From positions 96,782,001-96,846,000 of the forward strand of contig OZ024744.1 of NCBI GenBank assembly GCA_964016885.1: a stretch of DNA of 64,000 bases, written 5' to 3'. Position numbers and translations under genes: made by a program. Each line of letters opens with the position of its first letter. The first letter of the stretch is position 1. Below the pieces are notes generated by a model. It saw only the letters and a program-made list of their open reading frames with translations, was not told the origin of the DNA and ran no database searches. Source of the stretch: Eledone cirrhosa. Its lineage: Eukaryota. Positions 32,212 to 47,309 of the stretch are shown here, piece by piece.

Positions 32212-33045
32212 AGTTGCATTTATCTTGCTTTATGTTCATACGAGTTATCACCAAGTCACAACCAGTGACCTCAAGAGACAACAAGGTCCGCCATGTTCAA
32301 GAAAGAACATACATACACACACATGCATCTTTAGGTGTTTAGACTTGTGATGCACTTATATTGACAGAAACTTGCTTAGTATATGGGCAGTTCCCATTAG
32401 TACTATCTTTTGTATTTCTCCTATACGCGGGTTTCCTGGGATTTGCGATAAGTAATCATTAGACCCCTAGAGCGCCTACAACCACTGGTATTGTTTTAGT
32501 TCTCAATTTCCACATTTTTCCAATTTCTATCGCCAGGTCCTTATACTTGCTCAATTTTTCAAATGTTTTTATAGATACATTCTTGTCTATTGGAACGGAC
32601 ATATCAATTAGCAGGCATACCCTCTTTTTAACGTCCTTCAATATTATATCAGGTCTATTTTCATCTATTTTTCGGTCTGTTTGGATGTTAAAGTTCCACA
32701 AGATTGAGATGTGATCTTTTTCAAGTATGGGAGGTGGTTGATGCTCCCACCAATTCTTTTGATGGGGCAGGTCAAAATGCTTATACATTATCCAATGTAT
32801 GTATTGTGCAGCTCTGTTATGCCTGTATAGGTATTCGGTTGGAGCTATAGGGCTGCACATTGAAATTATATGATCAATGGTCTCTGGTTGTTTTTTTACA
32901 TACACGGCATAATGGGTTGCATCCATTTTTTTTTATGTTGCCTTGGTAATTTTTTGTTGGCAGACACTGATCTTGTGCTGATATAATCAGTCCTTCAGTC
33001 TCCGATTTCAGTCCAGAGGATGCCAACCACTGATGGGTTGTAATA
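32210..33045 (-). mobile_element. 3' part of R4/Dong-type LINE with 3'UTR and (TAA)n tail
   Basis: Motifs WLASSGLKSETEGLIISAQDQCLPT, ETIDHIISMC, RHN, WWEHQP, RPDIIL..LID, KLSKYKDL, IPVVVGALG and IQKIVLMGTAHIL. Confidence 0.9.
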
Positions 33046-33704
33046 CTATTTCACTTATCATTACCACCTGAAAAATATCTTAAATTTAGTAAATGCAATC
33101 GTGTGTATTCCTTTGAGTGCGTTTTTAACAAGCTACTATCTACCGAAGGATTCTCTTCAATGTTTTAAAACCAGTGTAAATTTACTTGTGTTATATTTGC
33201 TTGCACAGTTTAATGATTTCTTTAGCAAACTATTTAGTTAGAAGTGTTTTGATCCGCATTCCTTTCTCTATAGATTTCTGGATTAGAGTAGGATTTACAA
33301 GATTGAATTTAAGATTGTTTGATTGGTTAGTTTAGGATGTAATTTTCATTTCAATTATCTTCTTTTTCTCTTTCATTCTTTCTCTCTTTCTTTCTTTCTT
33401 ATTTATAACATTGTCATTATAATCATTGATTTTTCAAATCACCTAAGGTGTAATGCAGTCGTTCTTCCGGAAAACTATGTAGTGTTAAGTACCTTGTCGA
33501 AGAAATGCATTGTAAGTTTGAGACATTGTACTGACAAAAACAATATTAACTCGATAATTGCCATTCGTCTTTCAGTTATAAACTTATATAACAGTAATCA
33601 CAAAGAAAGAAAATTTCATCTAGACATTGACACATTTATCACAACGTATATATTTGTTATTTAAACGTAATTCATTATACGTTAATTCTAATTAATTTCT
33701 CATC

Positions 33705-34070
33705 ATCTTTTACACGTTTCTGCCAGCTTTTACACATTTCCACAAACCTTTACACATCATTTATACATTACCATCAACTTTTACATAGTTCCGCAACATT
33801 TTACACATCGTTTATATATTTCCACAAACTTTTCCATATCGTTTACATATTTCCACAAACTTTTCCACATCGTTTACACATTTCCACAAACTTTTACACA
33901 CCATTTATACATTTCCACAAACTTTTACACAACATTTATACATTGCCACACACTGTTACACATCGTTTATACACTGCCATCAACTTTGACACATTTCCAC
34001 AAATTTTTCCACATCTTTTGTACATTTCCACCACCTTGTACACATTCTCACTAGCTTTTACACATTATCT
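33705..34070. repeat. Degenerate ~31-bp minisatellite (tttacacatttccacaaacttttacacatcg)
   Basis: About 10 diverged copies read directly. Confidence 0.8.
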
Positions 34071-35543
34071 CCAGCTTCCAAACATTTCCACTATCTCATA
34101 CTCATTCTTCCACCTTGCATTCAATAATCGAAGGATCAAAGAAGGAAAGATTTACAACAGATTGCCTTATATCCTGGGAAATAAGTAAACATTCTTTTTA
34201 GCACTTGTAAAGACTAAAGTTTTTGATGGTTAAAAGAAAATAATTTAGATATAACCTCTGATAAAATATGCAAACAATATTTGAAATATATCCTCATTTA
34301 TTAAAGAGGGTTCGGAATGCAGCAAACCTTGACAATTTAAACCTGGAACATCACAACTCTTGCAGGTAAGAAATAGGAACTAGTGGAGGATGCCTGATGT
34401 CACCAGCCAGATATAGTCGAGGTTTCCTCAGAAATTTGTGGAATAATGATTCTGTATAACAATTGCTATTGTATTAATTGTGACAATTAAAATATTACAC
34501 AGTAAATGTAATTCTGGCACTTCGTTGGTTACGACGATGGGTGTTCCAGTTGATTCGATCAACGGAACAGGATGCTCATGAAATTAAAGTACAACTGGCT
34601 GAGTATTCCACAGACACGCGTACCTTTAATGTACTTCTCTGTGAGATTCAACGTGACACAGACTGTGACATGGCTGACCCTTTGAACTACAGGTACAACT
34701 CATTTTTGCCAGCTCAGTGGACTGGAGTAATTGGAAATAAAGTGGCTTGCTCAAGGACACAACATGCCACGAGGAATCGAACTCATGACTTTACCTTACG
34801 ATTGTAATACCCTAACTACAAACCCACGCACCTTCACACAAGTTATGTAGATAATAAGTAGCTAATATTTTTTCTACTATAGGTACAAGGCCAGCAATTT
34901 TGAGGAGAGGAAAGTCGATTAAATCGACCCCAGTACGTGTCTGGTACTTTATTTTTTCAACCCCGTAAGGATGAAAGGCAAAGTTAACCTCGGCGGGATT
35001 TGATCATAAAGGGCCGAAATTCTATGCTGCAAAGCATTGCGTCCGACCCTCTACCGATAAGTAGCTAATATACGAAAGTCGACTGAAAAGTTCATAGACT
35101 GACCAAGATGCTCTCATGGAATGACCAAATAAGGTTTATTTTTAACTTTCCCTGGAAAGAAACAATGTACAGTTATTAATAAAAAGAGGTGGTGGATTGG
35201 CAGTATCGGTAGAGGGTCGGACGCCATGCTTTCCAGCATAGTTACGTCCTTTATGATCTGAGTTCAAATCCCGCCGAGGTTGACTTTGCCTTTCATCCTT
35301 ACGGGGTCGATAAAATAAAGTACCAGTAATGCACTGGGTAATTTGCTGGCCTTGTGCCTAAAGTAGAAACAATTAATAAAAAGAGCTGAAATTAATCCAT
35401 GCGAGATTTCACAGTTCTAGCATCATTCCTCAGTCTCTGAAACTTTCACCCGATCTTCATAGAACGAATGTAGTCATTTCTAATGTAAATTCTAATGCAT
35501 TTCTGGAGAAATTGAAAATTACGAGATCGATAGATCAGTGACG

Positions 35544-35578
<35 letters not shown>

Positions 35579-35771
35579 GCTACAGCTACAACAACAACAA
35601 AAATAATGATTAAAACGTATCAGTATATTTTCCAGCTCATCTTCCTCATCATCCTCCGGGGAAACACCTTCTCTATTTTATCCGCCGGGACCGTGGGGCG
35701 GCCAGCGTGTGTGTCTCCGTTAGTGAGAGGTGGGGAGAGAGGGAGGAAATATATATATATATATATAATAA

Positions 35772-36112
35772 TATATAAGATCAAAAGATCGTTAAAAGAG
35801 TTCCATGTATTTTATTATCCGCATTTCAAAAACAAATATCATCATGCAATAACATTTGCGTTTTCGTCAGATAAAATAGGGAGACATGATATGAAGGTTA
35901 AAACACACTTGTGAATAGTGCAGTTTTTAAATCAACATATGTGATGATATTTGTTTTTGAAATGCGCATAATAAAATACATGGAACTCTTTTAACCATCT
36001 TTTGATCTTATATATATATATATATATATACTCCAGTCCTACAAACTGTAGAGTGCTTCTTATCCGATATCTGCATTGCTTTATTGTACTACAATAAAAC
36101 TCACCTCCTACA
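35772..36112. mobile_element. Penelope-like fold-back element with HHR at 35810-35876(-)
   Basis: Reverse complement reads ttttat-CTGACGA-aaacgcaaatgttatt gcat gatgatatttgttttt-GAAA-tgcgga-TA-ataaaa. Mirror arm at 35943-36012, tail at 36030-36112. Confidence 0.8.
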
Positions 36113-36381
36113 CACACATATATATATATATATGATTGAATATAAAAGAGAAATAAACACAGATAAAAACATATATGTGTTTAAATCGTTTCTTTTCTTG
36201 ATTTATTATTTTAGTACCAGTAATGTACTGGGTAATTGCTGGCCTTGTGCCAAAAGTAGAAACAATTATTTTAAATTAAGTCTGGCTAACCCTATTGTTA
36301 GTATTTTTTTCACCCTAGCGAATCTGGTCCCTTACGAGTTACGAAAGGTATTAGGTTGACGCTTATTGAGAGTGGGATATA

Positions 36382-36473
<92 letters not shown>

Positions 36474-36649
36474 TATATATATACACACGCACACATATAT
36501 ATATATAATGTAGGAGGTGAGTAATATTGTAGAACAATAAAACTATGCATATATCAGATAAGTAGCACTCAACAGTTGTTATTAAGGATAATTAGCGAGT
36601 CTTGTGAATATTTTCATTCTTACTTTAAAAAAAAGATGTATATGTGCTG

Positions 36650-36724
<75 letters not shown>

Positions 36725-36725
<1 letters not shown>

Positions 36726-36985
36726 TAAAGAAGAAATATAAAGATGGTTAAAAAAGTTCCATATATTTTATTATGCGCATTTCGAAAACAACATCATCCT
36801 GGGACAAAAATTGTGTTCTCATCAGATAAAATAAGGTAACATGATATGAGGCCTAAAAAAACTTGTGAAGAAGAAAGTTTCCAGTCAACATACGTAGAGT
36901 GGACGTATGTAGACTGTACACTTTCTTGTTCAATAATAACATATATGGAACTACTTTAACCATCTTTTAATTTCTTCTTTAATAT
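36725..36985 (-). mobile_element. Related fold-back element with HHR at 36766-36831(-)
   Basis: Reverse complement reads ttttat-CTGATGA-gaacacaa...ttgttttc-GAAA-tgcgca-TA-ataaaa. Confidence 0.8.
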
Positions 36986-37188
36986 ATATATATTCAGTAC
37001 AGAATTAGCCGTCGAAATATATATATATTCAGTACAGAATTAGCCGTCGAAACGGCTTGAGCTCAGCCGTCGGGGTCTTACTTACTCCTATTACCCACTC
37101 TACTACCCTAAGTATTGAGTACTTTGGTGCGTTATGGTCCACCTGGTTCCTTACCACTTTTCCCTCGCTATATATATATATATATATA

Positions 37189-37496
<308 letters not shown>

Positions 37497-38258
37497 CTCA
37501 GCACATATACAACTTTTTTTAAAAAGTAAGAATGAAAATATTCACAAGACTCACTAATTAGCCTTAATAACGAAATGAATATTAAAACTCTACATTTATA
37601 TCAAGTACACTTTCCTCTCAGCTGTGGAGCAAAAGTATGAATAGTGACAGTACAATCACCTCTACCACTACACCTACTACAATTACCCCCCCCCCCCCCC
37701 TCAGCTACCACTAGTTTTAGCTGTTAACAATCGCAGCATCAGCAGTAAACACATGCTTGGAAATAATATCAGAACATGTTTTTTTAACTTCACAAAGAGT
37801 ATTTCTTTTTCAGCAGCAATATCGAAAGAAGATGGATTAATGGAGCAATTGTTATTTTTAGCGTGAAGGTATTGATAATAATTGTTTCTACTTTTGGCAC
37901 AAGGCCAGCAATTACCCCAGTGCATTACTGGTACTTTATTTTATCAACCCCATAAGGATGAAAGGCAAAGTTAATAATAATAATAATTGTTTCTACTTTT
38001 GGCACAAGGCCAGCAATTACCTCAGTGCATTACTGGTACTTTATTTTATCGACCCCCCCCCCCCGTAAGGATGAAAGGCAAATTTAACCTCGGCGGGATT
38101 TGAACTCAGAATGGCAAGGGCCACAACTCTATGCGTCAAAGCATGGCGTCCGACCCTCTACCGATACTGCCAATCTACCGCCAATGGTGTGTGGAAGGAA
38201 GTAATGGAAAGTAGTGAGAACGATATATGAATAAGAAGAGTAAGCTATGGAAGATTAT

Positions 38259-38294
<36 letters not shown>

Positions 38295-38296
<2 letters not shown>

Positions 38297-38800
38297 AGAG
38301 TTAAACCAGGTTCAATAAATATATCAAAGAATGAGTTTTACAATAGATTGGAAGCACTCAACACAAAAATGTTTTCCAGAGTTATTAATATTAATTCAAA
38401 ATATTAACAAAATAGATATTCTTGTGATCAATTATATTTTATTATACATATTTCAGAGGTACTGAGTTAAGTTCAACGGTACGTCCTCATCAGATAAAAT
38501 AAAATGATACATGACATACACTAACATAGTAGATGGTTAAGATTCAATCAAGGTAGTGACTAACTTATGACAAAACTCAATATTTATACCCTAATATTGA
38601 GAACATGAGATAACTTAATACAAACAATAGAGAGAGTGCGTGCAATAGATTTTAAGAATTTTATTTTTTGTATTATGTTATCTCATGTTCTCAATATTAA
38701 GGTATAAATATTGAGTTGAACTTAACTCAGTACCACTGAAATATGTATAATAAAATATAATTGATCACAAGAATATCTATGTTGTTAATATTTTGAATTT
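38295..38800 (-). mobile_element. Penelope-like fold-back element with HHR at 38437-38499(-)
   Basis: Reverse complement reads ttttat-CTGATGA-ggacgtac..gtacctct-GAAA-tatgta-TA-ataaaa. Partial mirror arm at 38675-38800. Confidence 0.8.
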
Positions 38801-38983
38801 ATATATATATATATATATAAAATATTATAATATTTTATCTTGACTCTGTATTCCGTTTATCTTTCACCGAAAGTATTTTTCATTGCATCTCTTCTTTCCA
38901 TGATATCCGGAATACATTGAGTTCTTCATACGGATTGGACACTACCGTAAACTCTTGGTAGATTTATCTACATATATATATAT

Positions 38984-39022
<39 letters not shown>

Positions 39023-39204
39023 AGAAGACGATCGACTTTCGTCAAATCGGACCGAGGGAACAATGTTTCCGTTGGTCTTTCCAATTGCTAATACTATCTA
39101 TCGGTCGCAACTCCAGGTAGAAGGAGCAACGTGAAATAAAGTGTCTTGCTCAAGGACATAACGCATCGCCTGGTCCAGGAATCGAACTCACAACCTTACG
39201 ATTG

Positions 39205-39282
39205 CGATAAAAGCACTGGATATGTAGTCCTGATGAGTTCTAACGAGAATGAAACGCGTAGATTACTTCCCTTGCTTTTATC
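39205..39282 (+). ncRNA. Minimal type I hammerhead ribozyme with extended stem I
   Basis: gtagtc-CTGATGA-gttct aacg agaat-GAAA-cgcg-TA-gattac, with an outer helix cgataaaagca/tgcttttatcg. Confidence 0.9.
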
Positions 39283-39388
39283 GAGAATCTAATTGTAATA
39301 CGTGACGTATTCTATTCTATAGCGATTAGGTCTTCAAAATGTTTATTATAAACATACAGAATATTTTCGAATATTCTATGTCTATATT

Positions 39389-39446
<58 letters not shown>

Positions 39447-39786
39447 CTAAACCTTGTTTATATTTGTTCTGGCTCGTTAATTTATTAACCCGCCATTGAA
39501 CCACACTGGCATTTGGGTGGACAATACATGCGTACCTTGGCGCCTTGTGCGTGAAGGAACGTATTTCCTATTACTACTACCTCCACTATCGTTGAGAACA
39601 AATTTGGTCGTTCTGACTGCTGCTAGCAATAGCTGTGGCTAGTTTGACCTACCTCCTTTTGCCTCTATCTTTGCTACGGCCCTTGATAAACCTGTTCTAC
39701 ATCATCCACTCTCATCCCAGGAACAGTTTTGACAGCGCTAGTTTGTGATTTAAATTCAGGAATTTTATATTCTTTGAATGAAAAGA

Positions 39787-39870
39787 ACCTTCTGACGAGA
39801 ATCTTTCTTTGCAACGAAGGCCGTATGGTCTCCGTTTTATTTTTGGGATTCGAAACCGATCGGTAAAGGT
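39787..39870 (+). ncRNA. Type I hammerhead ribozyme with long stem II
   Basis: acctt-CTGACGA-gaatct..aacg.ggcc gtat ggtc.cgtt..ggattc-GAAA-ccgatcgg-TA-aaggt. Confidence 0.88.
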
Positions 39871-39961
39871 AACTGTAGTAGGTAAAGTCAATTTTTTAAA
39901 ATTTATTTTGAAACTTTTTCATTATTTACTAAACCTTGTTTATATATATATATATATATAT

Positions 39962-40226
39962 ATGGGATAACAAAACGTCATAACTTCTGAATTTCGCAAC
40001 CGAGTTTCACAAAACTTGACACATGGGCTACGTTTGTCCTACAGATGAATGTGAACTCTCAGAATTGGCACATATTGAGTAGGGGACCCCTGGGGGCAGG
40101 AACCCCCTTTTGGAAAAAGGCGATGATTTTGTAAAACTATAGTTTTCGAAGCAGCACTGAAGTATTGACATAAATGTTATACACAACTGCTATTCAATAC
40201 CCGAGCAACGCCGGGTACCTCTGCTA

Positions 40227-40228
<2 letters not shown>
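39962..40228 (+). mobile_element. Non-autonomous Helitron-like element, 3' end
   Basis: Subterminal hairpin cccgagcaacgccggg followed by a CTAGT terminus. Confidence 0.65.
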
Positions 40229-40264
<36 letters not shown>

Positions 40265-41858
40265 TAAAGTTTAAGTAAAGCATCGCTTCTTTCACCCTTA
40301 ACGGGACCTTCTGAAATTATATATATTATATAAATTTAAATTCCCCAACAATTCTTCTCTATTTATTTCGTGTATGGGTACAATATTTCTCGTGTAAAGT
40401 TCAGAAGTACGGGGTAATAGGAAATTGGAATGTGCAGCCCCCTTTCAGAGGAAATAAACTCAGCGTAAGTGAAGAGAAACCAACGACCAAATTATTTCAT
40501 GATGATACATGATTTACCTTCTATTTTACATCTGTTATTCTTGTGCAATAAATTATTGATTTCACTCAGACGATATATCCAAATCAAAAACCTTAGAAGA
40601 CAGATTTCTCTTTTGACCCTATTCACTCTGATAGATTCCTTGTTTTAGTGTCCATTCTGCTATCATCTCATAGTTGTTTCTACTTTTGGTACAAGACCAG
40701 TAATTACCCCAGTACATTACTGGTACTTTATTTTATCGACCCCCGTAAAGATGAAAGGCAAAGGTAACCTTGGCAGGATTTGAATTCAGAACATAACTCT
40801 ATGCTGCAAACCATGGTGTCTGACACTCTACCGATTCAGCGAAGGTAGGATATTGAGCTTTTATTACTGATGATTAAATGCAAAATAAATGAATAAATAA
40901 ATAAATAATAAAAAATAAAACAAATTATTTCTTTATTTAAATATTTTGATTAATTAGTTAGGTATTTGGTAAATATAATTTATAAGGAATAAAAACTTAA
41001 TTACTTTTACTCAATCAATGTAGAGTGAGGGAAAGCGTGAGGAGGGGTGCGGTGGGAGAAAATGTGTGACGTCCGAACGAATATCCTCCACCTCCAACTA
41101 ACTTAAACTCCGTCTCTTGGTCCCGTCCTACAGGATGGAGAGTACATCGCCCCGCATGACAGGAAGGAAAGAAGTGCTGGAACAACCATCCAACATCGTG
41201 GAGCTCGCACCTGCGGGTAGCCATCTCCTCTGTGATAACGGTGAGCAGGCACATGAACGCTGGATGTCTCCGCTGCTACAGGAAACATTAAAGCAGAGAC
41301 ATGACAAACAACCTGTATTATATATCGGTAGAGGGTCGGACGCCATGCTTTGAAGCATAGAGTTACCTCCCTGTATGATCTGAGTTCAAATCCCGCCGAG
41401 GTTAACTTTGCCTTTCATCCTTCCGGGGTCGATAGAATAAGGTACCAGTAATGCATTGGATAATTGCTGGCCTTGTGCCAAAAGAACAAACAATTATTAG
41501 GCAGTGAATTGGCAGTATCGGTAGAGGGTCGGACGCCATGCTTTCCAGCATAGTTACGTCCCTTTACGATCTGAGTTCAAATCCCGCCGAGGTTGACTTT
41601 GCCTTTCATCCTTACGGGGTCGATACAATAAAGTACCAGTAATGTACTGGGTAATTGCTGGCCTTGTGCCTAAAGTAGAAACAATTATAATTAGGTTTTC
41701 GTACCTATATATGATGTCATAATTTCATCCTAATATGCGCTGATTTTAATATAGTGTTTATATTCGGATATTCGTAATGATATCGATAGTATGTATAGAA
41801 AAAGATATGTTGTAAAAATGATGAGATTCCGGGGTACACATACATGCATATATTTTTG

Positions 41859-41908
<50 letters not shown>

Positions 41909-42141
41909 ATATATATATATATGCGCAACCGGTAAAACTTAAAACCAAAACTGAACACTAACCAATACAATTACTAATTCTCACTTATTCCTAATTAAAC
42001 TATTTTTCACTGTGAACAATTTGTCAGCATTTTCTATTCCGTTTACCAATATATATATATATATATATATATCGAATGTTACTATTAATATTCGAAAGAT
42101 TCAGATTTACATTTCTTATATACATATACACACACACACAG

Positions 42142-42201
<60 letters not shown>

Positions 42202-42252
42202 TAAATTAAATTAAATTAAATTAAATTAAATATATATATACGTGTGTGTGTG

Positions 42253-42286
<34 letters not shown>

Positions 42287-42589
42287 ACGGAAAAAGACCA
42301 CAGTTAAATAAGGCCATCAAAACACTAAGCACTGAAGATGCATGATTTATACACACCCACTCTCTCTCTCTTTCTCTCTCTGTCACACACATGTAGGTAC
42401 ACACTCACACACGCAAACGCACATACACACACAGACACACGAACACACACACATATATATATATATAAACCAGTGAAAAAAGCCCTGTAATGCGAGGAGA
42501 TATCCTGGTAGAATCCAGATAAGGGTCCAGTGTGAAAACCCAGTATAGAAATCTAACGAATTAAATTAAAGATGTCCATTTCAGCATTG

Positions 42590-42720
<131 letters not shown>

Positions 42721-42985
42721 CTAGAGCGGGTAAAATTCCCGAGATCCATGGACGAGTTCTCTCCAGCGGTCTCTGTCCCTCATTATCGCTGCCATGGCCT
42801 GTGTCTCCAACAGACCAGTGTCTGTCCTTAGGGCATCAACATACGTTAACCTTGGTCTTCCTCTTCCAGTGTGTCCATGTAGGGGCTCCCACAGGAGCAC
42901 TGAGTGCAATGTCAACTCTGGATGTCGGTGAGCATGTCCAGCTAACCTCAGTCTCCCCTGTGTCACTTTTGAGCTGACTTTTGAT
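42721..42985 (-). mobile_element. RTE-clade LINE 3' end (ORF C-terminus)
   Basis: RLRLAGHAHRHPE..VLLWEP.HG..GRGRPRLTYVD.L..DTG..MRDRDRWR. A shorter copy lies at 52420-52527. Confidence 0.85.
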
Positions 42986-43084
42986 TAAAGATGGTAAAAA
43001 CCAGTTACACTATTATTCACCAAAGTACTGAATACTTGGGCTAGTATTGTTGAAACGGCCAGAGCTCAGCCGTCGAGGTGTCTT

Positions 43085-43197
<113 letters not shown>

Positions 43198-43629
43198 ATG
43201 TATGTGTCTGTGTTTTTGTCTGCGTCTGTGTCTGTGACACTGTATGTGATAGTATGCAAAAGGTAAAAGGAAGCGACAAAACAAACAACACAGTATAATG
43301 AAGAACTGTATTAATTTAACACTTCATATAGTAGGAAACAATTGTTACGTTTCGAACACTAGTACTTCATCAAAAGATGGAATATGAAATACAAGATGAT
43401 ACAGAAAGAGTGTGGGAAGAGAAAGGAAACGACAGAACTGTTATAGCTCATCGCTAGGGCGGTTGTTAAATCAACGATGGGCAAAAACACTTCAGAGGAC
43501 AGGACACCAGTGGCCAGTGAGGGGCCAGAAAGACAATCCACGACGTGGACGACAGGCAGATGAAATATAGAAAAGGTTGAAAGAATATGTATGTATGTAT
43601 GTATGTATGCATATATGTATGAAAAAAGT

Positions 43630-44120
43630 ATTTGGACATCCTACAGGACTAAAAACAAAACCTGCCAAAGGGCAAAGGAGCTCTTAAGAGTCAATGGTCA
43701 TCCAAAATCACCGGGAGAGATGACCCCTTAGCCTTTGTCAAGGCAGAATTCTAGGAGAAGGAAAACTCTGATATAACACCTGCAACCCTGATGGTATCCA
43801 ATGATGTTGACTTGTTCTTCTTTTTGGTAAATATCATCTTGGTTAAGAGAGTGGGACTGGCTTTGTGCAGTGCCTTTGCTCACTATAAAAGCTTCACGGC
43901 ACAGGCATTGCTTTATATCTGGAGATCTCTCTGCACTTGTCGTCACATGGTACCATGGGCCCAGCACTATGTGTCAATAATTGTCACAAGTGTAGTATTT
44001 GTACCAGAGTTTCCAAGTCGCTGGCTGGACTAAAGTCACACTCGTTCAGCGCATCGGTAGGGGTTCTCCTACATGGATATAAAGTAGTGGCCGTACTCGA
44101 AAACGAGTTGGCAGCCACCT
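43630..44120 (+). mobile_element. Internally deleted RTE-derived element (5' leader + C-terminal C2H2-like end + 3'UTR)
   Basis: Leader ctaggagaaggaaaactctgatataa, peptide CSICTRVSKSLAGLKSH, and 3' hairpin tactcgaaaacgagtt. Related pieces at 28380-28580 and 29441-29498. Confidence 0.55.
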
Positions 44121-44710
44121 TATGTATGTATATATGTATTAGGGCTTAAAAGGGACATGAGAATGCCTAGCCAGAACAAAGAAATGGAAAGTCCCGGAGA
44201 AGCCTACAGTTGCCATGTATGGCGATAGCAATGCTCGAACACGAGTTTGCAGCCATTAGGGTCGGACGCCATGCTTTGCAGTACAGTTACGTCCCTTTAC
44301 GGTCTGAGTTCAAATCCCGCCGAGGTTAACTTTGCCTTTCATCCTTACGGGGTCGATAAAATAAAGTACCAGTAATACACTGGGGTATTTGCTGGCCTTG
44401 TGCCAAAAGTAGAAACAATTATGTATGTGTGTGTGTGTATGTATGTATTTCACAAAAGTTAACCAGGGAAAATATCCCAGGAGAACAATACAATACAATG
44501 ATGATATATATCAGTTTAAAGCTTGATATAGGTGGAAAAAAGTATTTTAAAATTTCGGGCGCTAGTCCCTCATCGGAAGATAGAATGAAATAGTGAAGAG
44601 AGGCTATTTAGGAGAGGAACGTAGACGGAAGACAGGCGAGTGTAAGAAAAGGAAGAACAATGGAAAAGGGTAGATATGACAGAAAGCATGTGTTGTGACT
44701 AGTAAGCCAT

Positions 44711-44793
<83 letters not shown>

Positions 44794-44988
44794 TTCTATC
44801 TTCAAATGAGGGAGTAGATTTCGAAACGCTTAGATCGTCTTCCAATTATATCAACTATATCAAGCGTTAAATAAATTCATTATCATTGTATTGAATTGTT
44901 CTCTCGTGTTTTATACATATATATACACATACATACATTCGCACACACACCCGCACATACGCACTCACACACACACGCGTGCGTACAA

Positions 44989-45020
<32 letters not shown>

Positions 45021-45052
45021 GTTTATTTATACACATGCACACACTCATATAT

Positions 45053-45088
<36 letters not shown>

Positions 45089-45161
45089 CACATATACATA
45101 TATATGTATATGTGTATGTATTTTTATACACACACACACACGCTTAATTGTGTATATATAT

Positions 45162-45274
<113 letters not shown>

Positions 45275-46813
45275 CGTACGAGTGAGTCCTGGGTTCAATC
45301 GGGGGTAACCACAGTAAGTAAGGTACTCCATACATTCTAAGCCTAAAGTCTGTCTGAAGCCAGAAGGCTCATTTGGCTGATGCTTATCTCGGTTTCATGG
45401 CGTGAAGCAACTGAGAGTACTAGACTCCCCCCCCCCCGTACAGGACGCCAGTCCATCGCAGGGTTAAACCTCCAGCTATTGCTGGTACTCATTTTCAGCT
45501 GAGTATACTGGAGTAACGTGAAATGAAGTGTTTTGCTCAGGTATACAACACACAAACCAGGGATCGACTCCACAACATTATGATCCTAAGTCCAACACAC
45601 TTACCACTAGACCACGTGCCTACACTACTCCATACATTAGTTGAGTGTAAACATCAAATTTAATATAGAAATAGCATCTACAGGACTAGAATTGTTTCAT
45701 TCGAATATACTTGTATATGTAAATCCAACGATTCTGCTTGATAAACTCTGTATTTCTTGCACAACAAAGATAACTTCATATGACATCAACGTAAAAGACT
45801 GACTTGTGTTGTAAATATAATTTGTGGCACAATTAATTAACATCGGTTGATTTTTTTTTTTTTGTAATTAGCACGGCATTCTGTCTAATATAGATAGGCG
45901 GCGAATTGGCAGCGTCGTTAGAACGTCGGATAAAATAGTTTCGTATATCAGCACAAGCCCAGCAATTTTAAGGGCGGGGAAATTCGATTAAATCGATCAA
46001 ACTGTGTGACTAGTACTTCATTTTATAGACCTCGTAACGATGAAAGGCATAGTTAACTTCGGCGGGATTTGAACTCAGAACATAAAGGGACGTTTTGGGG
46101 TTTTTTTTTCATTTTCGGTTTAAATGCTTTGCGTTATTTGTTCCGTCTCTTTAAAATCTGAGATCAAATTCTGCCGAGATCAACTTTGCCTCTCATCCTT
46201 TCGAGGTCGATAAAAAATGGTCCGTGTCCGTCGATTCTTCCTCTCTATCTCTTTATCACTTTAATTCTCTCACTCTCTCTCTCTCTATCCTTCTCTGGAA
46301 GAAATCTGCTGTATTCAGACCTGGAGAGGGGCTGGGCTCCACCAGGTTAAAAAACATTGACCTAGAAACGCCGTATGTCAATATGGCGCCCCTTACGACT
46401 CCCTCTGGAATTACGGAGCCTTGTTGACTTTAATTTTTAACCTCCCCCACAAACAATTTTCATAAACACTTAAATTTATAAATGGTTAATGTATGTCATC
46501 GGTACCAAGTCTAACTATCATCCAACGATCAAGTCGAGCTTGCATCAACAGATATCATGAAGTGCGCTCTTTTCTTTTCTTTTCTCCCATTGTAAACATG
46601 AAAACTAAACTTTGTTTTGTAGCGTTGCGTTTGGATCTTACAATGGCTAAGCGCCATGATTTATGAAAGAAACGTTAGAATTGTTGCACTAATTTCTACA
46701 ACATCTCTGATGGACAAACAATAGTCGATTCACAAAACGTGAAATTACACATAAAACCGAAAGCAAACAGAACTAGAGAGAGAGGGAGAGTGAGAATGAG
46801 AGGAGAGAGAGAT

Positions 46814-46892
<79 letters not shown>

Positions 46893-46903
46893 GAGATACA
46901 TTT

Positions 46904-46934
<31 letters not shown>

Positions 46935-47036
46935 GGAACAAGTAAGACCCCGACGGTAGAACTCGCTCTACTACCCTAAGTATTGAGTACTTTGGTGCGT
47001 TATGGTCCATCTGGTTCCTTACCACAATTCCTTCGT

Positions 47037-47071
<35 letters not shown>

Positions 47072-47186
47072 TTCCTCTCTCTTTCTCTCCTTTCTTCTCT
47101 CCTTTCTTTCTCTTCTCTCTCTTAATATGTATATATACAGAGAGGAAGAGTGAGGTGAGAGAAGGTCAGGGAGGGAATGAGAAAAG

Positions 47187-47309
<123 letters not shown>

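Noticed and set aside
33705-34070. C2H2 zinc-finger coding repeat on the minus strand
   Set aside because: The period is ~31 bp, not a multiple of three, and no TGEKP linkers are present.
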